In this document: positions 7,677 to 17,672 of the stretch, piece by piece
How positions within the stretch are numbered: the stretch's first letter is position 1
How the letters are laid out: every line of letters starts with the position of its first letter
Virus record (IMG/VR): IMGVR_UViG_3300039070_000060
Coordinates: 1-25,590 of that record
Reading direction: 5' to 3' (one strand)
DNA length: 25,590 nucleotides
Source: a virus
Taxonomy: Duplodnaviria; Caudoviricetes
Program-made: the position numbers and the translations under genes
The notes under the pieces: model-generated
Told to the model about the DNA's origin: nothing
What the model saw: the letters and a program-made list of their open reading frames with translations, nothing else
Database searches by the model: none

Positions 7677-8998
7677 TGAAAAAAAGTACTGAAATTAGAC
7701 AAGAGCTTTCAGGAATTGTTAGCTCTCAAAATGCCATCATAGAAAAGGCAAAAACCGAAAACCGTGAGGCATTAACCACCGAAGAAAGAACCGCTTTCGA
7801 TGGCTTCCAAACGCGTATCAATGATCTGAAAGGGCAATTGGCAGTAGCGGAAGCGCATGAAGAAAATGTGAGATCTTTTGGTGATACAGCAACTTCTGTT
7901 TTTGAAGGTGAAAAGCCAAATAAACCAGCCGTAAAAAGAGCGCCTTTCTCTATCAATAAAGCAATTCGTTCGCAAATGGCAAATGGTGTTTTGGATGGTG
8001 TAGAATTAGAAATCCATAACGAAACCAAGAAATTGGCAGAACGTTCTGGAATCGCAACTTCTGGAATCTGTATTCCTTTATTTGACCGTAATTCAGTTAC
8101 AACTGAAAATCGTGCCGATGGTCAAACTGTGACGCAAGATTCAGGTGGATATGGTGCTGCTTTTGTGCCTGTAGAAACTCAACCAGTAATTGACTTGTTG
8201 CGTCCGCAACCAGTTGTTGAAAAATTGGGAGCTGTTTTCTTGACTGGCTTACAAGGTGATTTGAAATTTCCTGTAAACGATGGCGGTATTGCTGCTACTT
8301 GGGAAGGTGAGGTTGCTAATGTGGCCAACACTAAAAATGCATACAGCTCAAAAACAATGAAACCAACTCGTTTGGCGGTATCTGTGCCAATTTCATTGCA
8401 AAACTTGATGCAATCGTCTCAAGATATGGAAGCTTACACAATGATGGAAATTAGCACTTTGATTGCTAATGCTATCGATTTAGCAGCAATCAATGGTTCT
8501 GGTACTGGTCAACCAATGGGTATCTTAAATGCTTCTGGTGTAAACAGTGTGGCTGGTGGTACTAATGGATTGGCTCCATCTTATGATAATGTAGTGGCTT
8601 TAGAAACTGCTGTTTTTGTAGCCAATGCTAATTCTGCTCGTTTGAACTATGTTTCAAATGCAAAAGTGAGAGGAAAATTAAAAACAACTCCACTTGTATC
8701 TGGTCAACCTTCTTATTTGATGGCTCCTGATGGATCTGTAAATGGTTATCCTTTTTCAGTGTCTAACCACGTGCCAAGCAACTTGACAAAAGGAACTGCA
8801 ACAGGTGTTTGTTCTGCGGCAATCTTTGGTGATTTCTCACAATTGATTATCGGTCAATGGGGCTTTATGGATATTTCAGTGGATAACACTTCTCGCAAAA
8901 GAGAAGGGTACATCGAAATCACTGTAAATGTTTTCGTAGACGTTTTGGTAAAACAACCAAAAGCGTTTTCAGTAATCAAAGATTTATTAACTGCTTAG
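7676..8998 (+). CDS. Major capsid protein (HK97 fold) with N-terminal delta domain
   Basis: Coiled-coil N-terminus; GGYGAAFVP, ATWEGE, INGSGTGQPMGILN, AIFGDFSQ. Confidence 0.96.
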   Translation: MKKSTEIRQELSGIVSSQNAIIEKAKTENREALTTEERTAFDGFQTRINDLKGQLAVAEAHEENVRSFGDTATSVFEGEKPNKPAVKRAPFSINKAIRSQMANGVLDGVELEIHNETKKLAERSGIATSGICIPLFDRNSVTTENRADGQTVTQDSGGYGAAFVPVETQPVIDLLRPQPVVEKLGAVFLTGLQGDLKFPVNDGGIAATWEGEVANVANTKNAYSSKTMKPTRLAVSVPISLQNLMQSSQDMEAYTMMEISTLIANAIDLAAINGSGTGQPMGILNASGVNSVAGGTNGLAPSYDNVVALETAVFVANANSARLNYVSNAKVRGKLKTTPLVSGQPSYLMAPDGSVNGYPFSVSNHVPSNLTKGTATGVCSAAIFGDFSQLIIGQWGFMDISVDNTSRKREGYIEITVNVFVDVLVKQPKAFSVIKDLLTA

Positions 8999-9027
8999 TT
9001 TTAAACTAAGTGTAATCTAAAAATAAG

Positions 9028-9219
9028 ATGGCAAAAGTAGCAGTTAAAACGATTGTTTTTGTGGCTTCTCCAACTGGAGCGTATGATTTAGCATATTCTG
9101 CTGGTGATATTGCTGATTTTGAAGAAAATCAAGCAAAAGAATTAGTAGAGAGTGGTTATGCAAATTGGTACGACCCAAAAGACGCAGCAAAACCAGCTTC
9201 AGACGAAGTAACTGAGTAG
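9028..9219 (+). CDS. Small head-associated protein
   Basis: 63 aa directly after the capsid gene; AGD...QAKELVESGYA pattern typical of this position. Confidence 0.7.
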   Translation: MAKVAVKTIVFVASPTGAYDLAYSAGDIADFEENQAKELVESGYANWYDPKDAAKPASDEVTE

Positions 9220-9228
9220 ATAAAAAAC

Positions 9229-9254
9229 AAGCCTCTATTCTAGGATAGAGGCTT
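9229..9254. terminator. Intergenic hairpin after the capsid genes
   Basis: AAGCCTCTAT/ATAGAGGCTT 10-bp stem; A-runs on both sides, so a U-tract exists only on the minus strand. Confidence 0.55.
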
Positions 9255-9270
9255 CTAAAAAAAAAGTAAA

Positions 9271-9831
9271 ATGGTCACCAATACAACTACAAATCCAGTA
9301 ACAGAAACCGTGTGTTTGACTTTGGCACAAGCCAAAAAACAACTACGTATTGAAGCTTCCTATACCGAAGAAGATGATTTGATTCAAGAGTACATCGATG
9401 CAAGTCGTGTGATTGTTGAAAATTATATCAACCGAAGTATCAGTGAGCAACAATTAGTGTTGGAGTGTAGCGACCTTTCAAAAATTGTCTTTTCGCAAAA
9501 CAACGAAAACGACACGATTGATAAAATCGAGTATTTGAAAGCGGGTGAATCAGTTTATACTTTGATGCCAATCGAGGAATACAAACTTCGAAAAGGGGTT
9601 ACAGTAGAAACCAAAGAAATTACTTTTTTGACTACTCCAGAGCTAGAGAAAAAAGACGATGCAGTAATCGTGACTATCAACCAAGGATGGGTTACGGCCG
9701 ATGTGCCTAAACCTTTAATTCAAGCGATGAAATTATATATCTCAGATATGTACGAACGTCGAGAGGACCGTGGCGAAGTAGGTTATAATTCTGCTGCAAC
9801 GGCTTTAATGAGACCGTACCGTAAATACTAA
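9271..9831 (+). CDS. Head-tail connector (HK97 gp6-like)
   Basis: LTLAQAKKQLRIE, EDDLIQEYIDA, VPKPLIQAMKLYISDMYERRE, LMRPYR. Confidence 0.92.
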   Translation: MVTNTTTNPVTETVCLTLAQAKKQLRIEASYTEEDDLIQEYIDASRVIVENYINRSISEQQLVLECSDLSKIVFSQNNENDTIDKIEYLKAGESVYTLMPIEEYKLRKGVTVETKEITFLTTPELEKKDDAVIVTINQGWVTADVPKPLIQAMKLYISDMYERREDRGEVGYNSAATALMRPYRKY

Positions 9832-9836
9832 AACCA

Positions 9837-10169
9837 ATGACAAAAAATCCTTTCATAGGGCAAATGGATCGTGTAATTGAAATTGTCGAAAAAACAATGA
9901 CAATCGATTCTCTAGGGGCTGAAACGTTAGTACAAACTAATGTGTGTAGTCCGTATGCTTTTATGCAGGATGTTTCAGGTGGTGAGGATACGGAAGGAAA
10001 AATAAAACATTTAATCAATCGCACCTATACAATTCGATATCAGGATGCAGTGAAACAAAAAGCCAACGCCTTAATCGTAATCGATGGCGGCCAACGCTTT
10101 GAAGTCCTGCACGTAATCGAAATTGGAAGGCGAAAACATTTGGAACTTCGAGTGAAAGTGTATGAGTAA
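9837..10169 (+). CDS. Head closure/stopper protein
   Basis: IGQMDRVIEI, YTIRY, FEVLHV; gene position. Confidence 0.88.
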   Translation: MTKNPFIGQMDRVIEIVEKTMTIDSLGAETLVQTNVCSPYAFMQDVSGGEDTEGKIKHLINRTYTIRYQDAVKQKANALIVIDGGQRFEVLHVIEIGRRKHLELRVKVYE

Positions 10170-10671
10170 GCTAGTAGTAGAAATCGAGGGTTTTGAGCAA
10201 TTGCAAGCCAAAATAAAAGACTTGGCAAACGATAAAGACAAACGCCGTGAGGTATTGGGTTTATTGAGACAAGTAGCAAAACCTACATTGCAAGCGGCTA
10301 GAAATAACGTGCCAATTTCAAAGAAAAAGCATAGTGCTAGAGGTAAGGTCATCAATCCTGGTAATCTAAAAAAGTCGCTCGGTACTATTACGGGGCGTGG
10401 CGATAATCCAACGATTTATGTAGGACCAAGAGCAAAAGGCAACAACGATGGGTGGTATGGTCATTTTGTAGAATACGGTGTCAATAAGTACTCCAAAGGC
10501 TTTAAGCGCAAGCGAAAAAAAGGAGCAAACAATGCGGCTGCTTTAGGCAGAACAACTGGAAATCCTTTTATGCGAAAAGCCTACGATAGTACACAAGGCG
10601 GAGTGACTTCCGATGCCGAATCGAAAGTGGCGGCCTACATTCAAAGACGAATCGACAAACTAAGCAGCTAA
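10162..10671 (+). CDS. HK97 gp10-like tail completion protein
   Basis: IEGFEQL, GNLKKS, WYGHFVEYG, PFMRKAYD. Confidence 0.88.
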   Translation: MSKLVVEIEGFEQLQAKIKDLANDKDKRREVLGLLRQVAKPTLQAARNNVPISKKKHSARGKVINPGNLKKSLGTITGRGDNPTIYVGPRAKGNNDGWYGHFVEYGVNKYSKGFKRKRKKGANNAAALGRTTGNPFMRKAYDSTQGGVTSDAESKVAAYIQRRIDKLSS

Positions 10672-11027
10672 TGTTCACACAACTATCACAAGAGGTTTAC
10701 GACTTTTTTTCTGCAAGTACGGAATTCAAAGCAGTAATGGAGCACGACGGAAAAGTAAACATTTTCCCGATTGTCGCTTCCGAAAAAAACAAATTACCGC
10801 TTACAACCTACGTGCTAGGCGACCGTGAGCCAGAAACCAAAGACCGTGCGCAAATACCCATAACAGTGATGTTTTGGTTCGATGAAAACGCGTACACCAA
10901 ATGTTGTCAATTCACCGATGAAATGGTCGGATTGGTGGAATCAAAATACAATTTTCTATCGGCAGCGATAGAATACAATGAGGAAAGCTTGACCTATTCA
11001 GGCACAATTGTTTTTAACCTTTTATAA
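10671..11027 (+). CDS. Putative tail terminator protein
   Basis: Size and position before the tail tube gene; IFPIVA...LPLTTY. Confidence 0.7.
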   Translation: MFTQLSQEVYDFFSASTEFKAVMEHDGKVNIFPIVASEKNKLPLTTYVLGDREPETKDRAQIPITVMFWFDENAYTKCCQFTDEMVGLVESKYNFLSAAIEYNEESLTYSGTIVFNLL

Positions 11028-11036
11028 CAAAATATT

Positions 11037-11459
11037 ATGGCATCAACTATTTATGACGGAAAAAAACTCCGCTTCAAATTTGACGATAAGCTTTTCTTGC
11101 ACGCCACTTCTTGTAAGTTGTCGATTGCAACGAAATTAGAAGAAATTGCAACCAAAGATACCGATGGATCAATGGTCGTTCCTGGGAACTATTCTTGGAG
11201 TGGAAGTACCGACGCTTTGTTAGCAAACTTACCTTCTGGCGATACCACTCACGTGACCTTCGATACTTTGTTGACTGCAAAATTAGCAGGGCAAGAAATC
11301 GATGTGGATTTCACAACAGCGGTAAGCGGTGACATTATCTACAGCGGAAAATGCTATATCGAAAACGCTGAAATCACAGCAGATACAGGTGTGGCGGTGA
11401 AAGTGTCAATCTCTTTCAAAGGGAACGGAAATCTAACTAGAGCGGTAGTCGCACCATAA
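11037..11459 (+). CDS. Major tail tube protein
   Basis: HATSCKLSI, EIATKD, SWSGSTD, YSGKCYI, SISFKGNGNL. Confidence 0.9.
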   Translation: MASTIYDGKKLRFKFDDKLFLHATSCKLSIATKLEEIATKDTDGSMVVPGNYSWSGSTDALLANLPSGDTTHVTFDTLLTAKLAGQEIDVDFTTAVSGDIIYSGKCYIENAEITADTGVAVKVSISFKGNGNLTRAVVAP

Positions 11460-11461
11460 GT

Positions 11462-11827
11462 ATGAGTCCAGTAGAAATAACAATCAACGGCAAAACTTTC
11501 AAAATGATTTTCAGTTTGAGAGTTTTCCGTTCACTTGGAAAAGTTTGGAGTCTCGAGACTTTGGATGAAGTTGTGGCAAAAGTACAAACCATCGAGCAAT
11601 TGGCTTCTGGTTCTTTGGCCGCTTTTGATACGTTTTTTGATATTATTCACGAAGCGATCAATTGCTGTGCTGAGAATAGCGAAAAAATTTCCAAAGAAGA
11701 AATCGAGGAATTGAGTATGGAGGATATGCAACAATTAGCCGCTGCGATTTCAGGAGGAACGGCCGAAGGTTTTACGCTTCCAGAGGATCCCGAAAAAAAG
11801 ACGAAACCCAGGACACAAAAAAAATAA
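11462..11827 (+). CDS. Tail assembly chaperone (G-like)
   Basis: EITINGKTF start; follows the tail tube gene; slippery A_AAA_AAG at 11794-11800. Confidence 0.85.
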   Translation: MSPVEITINGKTFKMIFSLRVFRSLGKVWSLETLDEVVAKVQTIEQLASGSLAAFDTFFDIIHEAINCCAENSEKISKEEIEELSMEDMQQLAAAISGGTAEGFTLPEDPEKKTKPRTQKK

Positions 11828-12183
11828 GCCAGCGTGTTACTTGGGATGATTTAGAACAATTGGCACTCGGTCGTGTGGGATTAATGTTAGAGTATTATTA
11901 CTCGCTCACCTACCGTGAATTTATGAATACCGTTGCGGGATTCGAAAAAAAAAGAAACCAAAACGCGCAAATGTTTTGGGAAATGACTCGAAAAATTATG
12001 TATGCAGCTTTATTGCCTCACGTAAAGGAAGGTTTAAAAGATACAGATGTTTTAGAGTTTGTTTGGGAAAAAGCAAAAATCGAGCAAATGTCTATTGACG
12101 AAATGATGGCAATGCAAGAGCAAGAAGCTTTGGCAAAAGCCTTTTTCGAACGATGGGACAAGGCCGAAAAAATTAAGGCGTAG
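11800..12183 (+). CDS. Tail assembly chaperone T-like segment, reached by -1 frameshift
   Basis: The -1 frame is open from the slippery site (DETQDTKKISQRVTWDDLEQLALGRVG...YYSLTYREF) to TAG at 12183. Confidence 0.8.
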   Translation, partial: DETQDTKKISQRVTWDDLEQLALGRVGLMLEYYYSLTYREFMNTVAGFEKKRNQNAQMFWEMTRKIMYAALLPHVKEGLKDTDVLEFVWEKAKIEQMSIDEMMAMQEQEALAKAFFERWDKAEKIKA

Positions 12184-12222
12184 CATTTCTATTTTATTTA
12201 TTAATTTTTTTTGTTTTTGGTA

Positions 12223-12243
12223 AAAGCCCAGCAATGGGCTTTA
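12223..12243 (+). terminator. Hairpin with GCAA tetraloop before the tape measure gene
   Basis: AAAGCCCA-GCAA-TGGGCTTT; only a short U tail. Confidence 0.45.
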
Positions 12244-12271
12244 TCAAAACAAAAAGCGAACACACAAAGCA

Positions 12272-14764
12272 ATGGCAGGTTTAGCTTCAATTAACGTAAA
12301 ATTTAGAGTAGACTTAAAACAGTTCTCTACAGAAATGCAAAGCGCATTGCGCGAAATTGACAAGTTTGGTCAAAAAATGCAAAGCGTCGGCCGTGGAATG
12401 TCTGCCGCAATTACGGCTCCGGTATTGTTAGCGGGAGGTGCTGCAATAAAATTTGCTAGTGATTATGAGGAGTCTATGAATAAAGTCGATGTGGCTTTCA
12501 AAACTTCTTCAAGTCAAGTAAAAACATTTGCAAAAGATACCTTAGAAAACTTTGGTATTGCTGAAGGTTCGGCTTTAGAAATGGCTTCGTTGTTTGGTGA
12601 TATGGCAACCTCGATGGGGTTACCAGAATCGGCAGCGGCGAAAATGTCAACTTCTTTAGTGGGATTAGCGGGCGATTTGTCGAGCTTCAAAAACATTGGC
12701 ATTGAGCAAGCGCAAACCGCATTGGCTGGAATCTTTACAGGCGAAACCGAATCGCTTAAAAAACTCGGAATCGTAATGACCGAGGCAGCGTTGCAAGAGT
12801 ACGCGTATGCACAAGGCATTCGTACAAAAGTGGCCGATATGGGCCAAGCCGAAAAAGTGCAATTGCGCTATAATTATGTGTTAGAAAAAACAAAAAATGC
12901 ACAAGGTGATTTTGCCCGTACCGGTGGTGGTGCGGCAAACCAAATGCGTATTTTTCAAGAAGCTTTAAAGCAGCTTGCGCAACAATTTGGGTCAGTTATT
13001 TTGCCTGCTTTTACGAGTGTGATTACTAAAGTAAACGGAATTATTATTTCGTTTGGTAAGTTGTCTAGTGAAACAAAAACTGCTATTGTAGTGGTTGCGG
13101 GTTTGGCGGCTGCGATTGGTCCTTTATTGAGTGTTGTGGGGTCTATGTTGACTTTTGTTCCAAGATTAGTTGTTCAGATGAATGCTTTGAAGGTAGCTGC
13201 TATCGCGAATCCTTATACTGCTGCTGCTTTAGCTATTGCGGCTTTGGTTGGTGGTATTGTTTTGTTAGCCAATAGAACACAAGAGGCGGTAACGGAAAAG
13301 CAAAAGTTAAATCAGTTATATAAAGAGTCTGCTATTAATGCTGATAAAGAAGCAAAATCTTTAGACTCGCTTTATAAAACTGCTACAGATGTTAGTAAGT
13401 CTACAAAAGAAAGAAAAATTGCTGTAGATGAGTTACAAAGCTTATATCCTGCCTATTTCAAAAATATTGATGATGAAGTAATTAAAAACGGAAATGCGGC
13501 AAAAACATATTATGCCTTGCGTGATGCAATTTTTGCAAAAGCTAAGGCTTCTGCGATTGAAGGTGAATTGCAAAAAAGAGCTAGTGATAGATTACAGAAA
13601 GAAATTGAGTTAGAAAATAAAATATTTGCTACAAAAGAAGAAATAGCAAAAATTAAAAAAGGTGCTGATGTAATTGTTTTACAAGAATCTTCTGCTGCTG
13701 AAAAAACAGCAAGAATAACTGCAACAAAAAATGATTTGCTTCGTGCTCAAAATAAGTTGCTTCAAATACAAAGTAAAGAAAGAAGTGATTTTCAAAAAGA
13801 AGCTTTCAAAGAAGATGAGTTACTGATTAATTCATTGCAAAAAAACAATGAAATAGCTGCAAAACTTCGTCAAAATGAACTTGATTTAATTAATGCAGGT
13901 ATTGAAGGTGTGAAAGTTCGTGCTGAAGTAGAGAAAAAATTGATTCCTGGTACTATTGCTTTTTATGAAGAGCAAATCAAGAAATTAAAAGAACAGCAAG
14001 ATGAAGCAACAACCACGGCTGCTTCTTATTATTTGTTGGGTAACGAGATTGCAAAAGTTCAGGAAAAAATAAATTCTATCCAGCAATCCAGATTAGATCC
14101 TATAAACGCTCCTACTATGGGAGTTACGTTTGATGTAGGTAAAATAACGGGTTCTACGGATAAAATGCAAGCTGATTTACAAGCTAAAGCAAATGGGCTT
14201 AAGTCAATTGTTGAGTCTATGAAGGCTCAGTTTTATGATATAAGTGCTGTTATGACTGAAACGGTGACTAATTTGGCAAATAATGCTGCTGTAGGCTTTG
14301 GTGAAACTATTGGCGCTGTTATCGCGGGTACGCAATCGTTAAGCTCTTTATTTTCTGGAATGCTTGGTGTTGTATCTGATTTTATGAAAGATTTAGGTAA
14401 ACAATTAATTGCTATTGGTATTGCAAGAATTGCTTTTGATAAACTTAAAATTTCTGGTTTTGGAGCTGTAGCTGCTGGTATTGCATTAGTGGCTTTAAGC
14501 TCAGTAATATCTTCAAAATTGCAAAGTGGTCCGCGTTTTGAAAACGGTGGTATAGTTGGTGGTAGTTCGTTTTATGGTGATAAGATTATGGCTCGTGTCA
14601 ATTCAGGTGAGTTAATATTGAATCAAAAACAACAATCTTCTTTGTATGGTCAATTGAATACTCCTGGTGGTCCAATTGTGATGATTCCTGATGTAAAATT
14701 GAAAGGTGAAGATATTTATGTGTCTTTTGGGCGTTATGAAAAAAAGAAAAACAGACTAGGATAA
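12272..14764 (+). CDS. Tail tape measure protein
   Basis: 830 aa, Ala-rich and helical, hydrophobic segments, GETESLKKLGI, C-terminal PRFENGGIV; follows the chaperones. Confidence 0.95.
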   Translation: MAGLASINVKFRVDLKQFSTEMQSALREIDKFGQKMQSVGRGMSAAITAPVLLAGGAAIKFASDYEESMNKVDVAFKTSSSQVKTFAKDTLENFGIAEGSALEMASLFGDMATSMGLPESAAAKMSTSLVGLAGDLSSFKNIGIEQAQTALAGIFTGETESLKKLGIVMTEAALQEYAYAQGIRTKVADMGQAEKVQLRYNYVLEKTKNAQGDFARTGGGAANQMRIFQEALKQLAQQFGSVILPAFTSVITKVNGIIISFGKLSSETKTAIVVVAGLAAAIGPLLSVVGSMLTFVPRLVVQMNALKVAAIANPYTAAALAIAALVGGIVLLANRTQEAVTEKQKLNQLYKESAINADKEAKSLDSLYKTATDVSKSTKERKIAVDELQSLYPAYFKNIDDEVIKNGNAAKTYYALRDAIFAKAKASAIEGELQKRASDRLQKEIELENKIFATKEEIAKIKKGADVIVLQESSAAEKTARITATKNDLLRAQNKLLQIQSKERSDFQKEAFKEDELLINSLQKNNEIAAKLRQNELDLINAGIEGVKVRAEVEKKLIPGTIAFYEEQIKKLKEQQDEATTTAASYYLLGNEIAKVQEKINSIQQSRLDPINAPTMGVTFDVGKITGSTDKMQADLQAKANGLKSIVESMKAQFYDISAVMTETVTNLANNAAVGFGETIGAVIAGTQSLSSLFSGMLGVVSDFMKDLGKQLIAIGIARIAFDKLKISGFGAVAAGIALVALSSVISSKLQSGPRFENGGIVGGSSFYGDKIMARVNSGELILNQKQQSSLYGQLNTPGGPIVMIPDVKLKGEDIYVSFGRYEKKKNRLG

Positions 14765-17506
14765 ATGAGCTATTACATCGACATAATCGACCAGGTATTG
14801 CAAGAAAATCTCTTTGTTTTGGAAGTAGCTTCCAAAAGTGGGGTGGTTTTGTCTTGGAGTGGTTCGGATAGAAAAGACGATTTAGGAATTGTAGGCTCAA
14901 ATTTATTATTTGATTTGGCGCATAGAGAGAAAGTCGATGCGAAGTTTATAAAGTTCTTTACAGGAAACGAAATCCGTTTCAAAGCTGAGTTACGCAAACA
15001 AGAAGATGATACTTTAATTTGGTCGGGATTTTTAATTCCAGACACGTATAGTGAGCCGTATACCAATAGTGTGACTTTTGTGCAAATGACGGCTTCTTGT
15101 GGCTTAGGAAGGCTTAAAGGAAAATATTTGCCAGAGGCGTTTTATCGCGATGAAAAAAGTGTGATCCAAATCATTGCTGAAATTTTAAAAATGACGGCTT
15201 TGAATTTGCTAATACATTTTAATCCAGCAATCGAAAACAGTGTGCAAAAAGATTACAACCAAATCTATAAAGACACCGCTTTGTTTATTGATGGGAAGAA
15301 AAAGAAAGATGCGTATAAAATATTTGAGGAATTATTGGCGGATATGCTATCTGTTTGTTATCAAGCCGATGGTGTTTGGAATATCGAAGGGTATAACCAA
15401 CGTTTTGTAAAAAACCTAAATGTAAAAGTGTACGATTACCAAGGTGCTTTTGTTGGCACGCTTCAAAAAACAAGATTATCAAAAAAGTTAAAAGCTTTTG
15501 TAGAGCCAGTAGTAACGCAAATTCCGCCTTACAATATGATTTCGGTTACTCATAAACGAGTACCACAGTCGTTTCCTGCGACTATTGCAAAGGAAAAAAA
15601 CGAAGGTTGGACGGTAAGTAATTTGGTAAAAGGCGAAATCTACGCAACCGATTGGAATGGAAATAATGGCTATTACGCTAAAACTAAAAATCCTGATTAC
15701 AATGTGCAGTTGTTGAAATATTACACGCCTAATTTGGTACCGCCTACAACAACGGCTTTCAATGAAAATGATTTTGTGGATTTAAAGAATAAAATTTTTG
15801 TTTACAAGTATCAAAAAATAAAATTCAAAGCGGTTTTTGGGTGGTTAAAATTTGCATCCGGATTAACGGCTTCAGATGATACTAGATTTAATAATCCTTT
15901 CTTTTATGAATTGCGATTGAATGATACTGTTTTGTATTCAAACAAAAAAACAAACCCAAAAGAAAATGAGTATTTAATTTTTGAAGAAGATAAAGCGCAG
16001 TTGGATTTTGAGATTATAATGCCAGAGGATGGTTTAATTGATTTAAAAATTTGGCGCTCCGGAAAAGATGTGTACACAACCAATTGTATAGGTTTTGATA
16101 TAAAAGAATTGGAATTATCGCCAATTGCTTTTGAAGAGGAAATGATTGTTGAAGATTTAATCAATGATGAATTCACGGTTGATAAAGAAATCGAATTGAC
16201 TTGCGCGGATGATGAAACGGGTTTTAGTGATGCGTTTCGTTTGGCAAAATTAAAAGAAGCGGGTGCGGTTTTTAATGAAATTCAGATACCAATTTTGTAT
16301 GGATTTCCGCAAAATGGAAAACATTACGCTGTAGTGGATTTGGAAGGCGCTAATTTAATAAAAGACAATATCAATACTACTTATTGGTTTGGTGAATTAT
16401 TAGTGGGTATTGAGGTTGTTTACAACTATGCGGAATCTGAAAAAATGGTTATTTTGACAGATAATCCATTGATAAATCAGGGATATTTTACGGTGAAAGT
16501 CTATAAGAATGTTGATGTTTTGGGTAGTCGAAAATTTTGGCAACAGTGGACGGATTCTATTTATAAAATTGAAACCAATCGCTATGCAAATACGGTGGCA
16601 AATATCATACGCCGTATGTATGCTACAGCTACAGAAAAGATTGACGCGACCTTTAATGGGGCTGTGAAGTTCAATGACTTTTTGTTGTTTAAATATGTTT
16701 CGGACCGTCAATATATTGTTACGAATTGCGCTTGGAATTTAGACACAAACAAAAGCGAGGTTACAATGTGTCAGTCTGTGTATCGTGATAGTGGCAACAC
16801 AGGTCCAAATCCTGAAAATATTCCGCCAATTGTAAATGCGGGTGTTGATATTGTTTTGGATTCTGCGCAAAGTACGGCGTCTTTGTTGGCGGTAGCCTAC
16901 GATACAGATGGGTATATTGTTTCACAAAATTGGACGAAAACGACGGGTGGTTTTGGTGATGTTATTGTAACGCCAAATCAACTAGCTACGGACTTGCAAA
17001 ATTTGACTGAAGATGAGTATGAATACCGTATTGATGTGATGGATAACAATGGCGCTAGTGCTTTTGATACGGTTAAATTAATTAGAAGAAAAGATTATAC
17101 GGTTAGTTTAGTGCAAACGGCTGGTGTACCGCCAGGTGTGTATTTGAATTATAAGTATAATTTTCAAATCACTCCAAATTTAGACCCGTCTTTTAATTTA
17201 GTTCTAAAAGGTACGATCAATCTTTTCACCTACAATGATGAAAATGCGTATTGTATTATTCTAAAAAATGGAGTGCAAGTCTTTAGGTACGATTTGCAAA
17301 GCCTTGCAAATTTTGAATCCGTAGAATTTACTGTTGGATATATGTCTATTGATGTGATTGAATTTGAGTTGGTACAATTTGGTGCGTTTCCTCCAATAAA
17401 TTTTGGTAGTTCTTATATCCTTCTGAATCAAGTTGAGTTTGTAAATGGTTCAGGTAATATTCTTGGATTGCCAGTAAAAGCGCAGCCGGTACTTTTTAAT
17501 CCTTAA
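14765..17506 (+). CDS. Tail tip/baseplate hub protein with a PKD/Ig-like domain
   Basis: Directly follows TMP; ASCGLGRLK and CYQADGVWNI; PPIVNAGVD...DTDGYIVSQNWT...DNNGASAFDTV is PKD-like. Confidence 0.75.
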   Translation: MSYYIDIIDQVLQENLFVLEVASKSGVVLSWSGSDRKDDLGIVGSNLLFDLAHREKVDAKFIKFFTGNEIRFKAELRKQEDDTLIWSGFLIPDTYSEPYTNSVTFVQMTASCGLGRLKGKYLPEAFYRDEKSVIQIIAEILKMTALNLLIHFNPAIENSVQKDYNQIYKDTALFIDGKKKKDAYKIFEELLADMLSVCYQADGVWNIEGYNQRFVKNLNVKVYDYQGAFVGTLQKTRLSKKLKAFVEPVVTQIPPYNMISVTHKRVPQSFPATIAKEKNEGWTVSNLVKGEIYATDWNGNNGYYAKTKNPDYNVQLLKYYTPNLVPPTTTAFNENDFVDLKNKIFVYKYQKIKFKAVFGWLKFASGLTASDDTRFNNPFFYELRLNDTVLYSNKKTNPKENEYLIFEEDKAQLDFEIIMPEDGLIDLKIWRSGKDVYTTNCIGFDIKELELSPIAFEEEMIVEDLINDEFTVDKEIELTCADDETGFSDAFRLAKLKEAGAVFNEIQIPILYGFPQNGKHYAVVDLEGANLIKDNINTTYWFGELLVGIEVVYNYAESEKMVILTDNPLINQGYFTVKVYKNVDVLGSRKFWQQWTDSIYKIETNRYANTVANIIRRMYATATEKIDATFNGAVKFNDFLLFKYVSDRQYIVTNCAWNLDTNKSEVTMCQSVYRDSGNTGPNPENIPPIVNAGVDIVLDSAQSTASLLAVAYDTDGYIVSQNWTKTTGGFGDVIVTPNQLATDLQNLTEDEYEYRIDVMDNNGASAFDTVKLIRRKDYTVSLVQTAGVPPGVYLNYKYNFQITPNLDPSFNLVLKGTINLFTYNDENAYCIILKNGVQVFRYDLQSLANFESVEFTVGYMSIDVIEFELVQFGAFPPINFGSSYILLNQVEFVNGSGNILGLPVKAQPVLFNP

Positions 17507-17510
17507 AAAA

Positions 17511-17672
17511 ATGGCAAATAAAAATACACAACGAATAGGAGTAGGAAATTCAAAATTTCCACCCGTAGATCAAGAAATAATTGAGCCGTCAACAGATCCT
17601 TTTACATTCGATAGTATGACGGTCACCTTTGATGAAGAAACAAGAACATTTGATGAAAATCCAACACCATGA
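17511..17672 (+). CDS. 53-aa protein with three TFD repeats (not in the ORF track)
   Basis: MANKNTQRIGVGNSKFPPVDQEIIEPSTDPFTFDSMTVTFDEETRTFDENPTP; fills the gap exactly and overlaps the next start by ATGA. Confidence 0.75.
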   Translation: MANKNTQRIGVGNSKFPPVDQEIIEPSTDPFTFDSMTVTFDEETRTFDENPTP

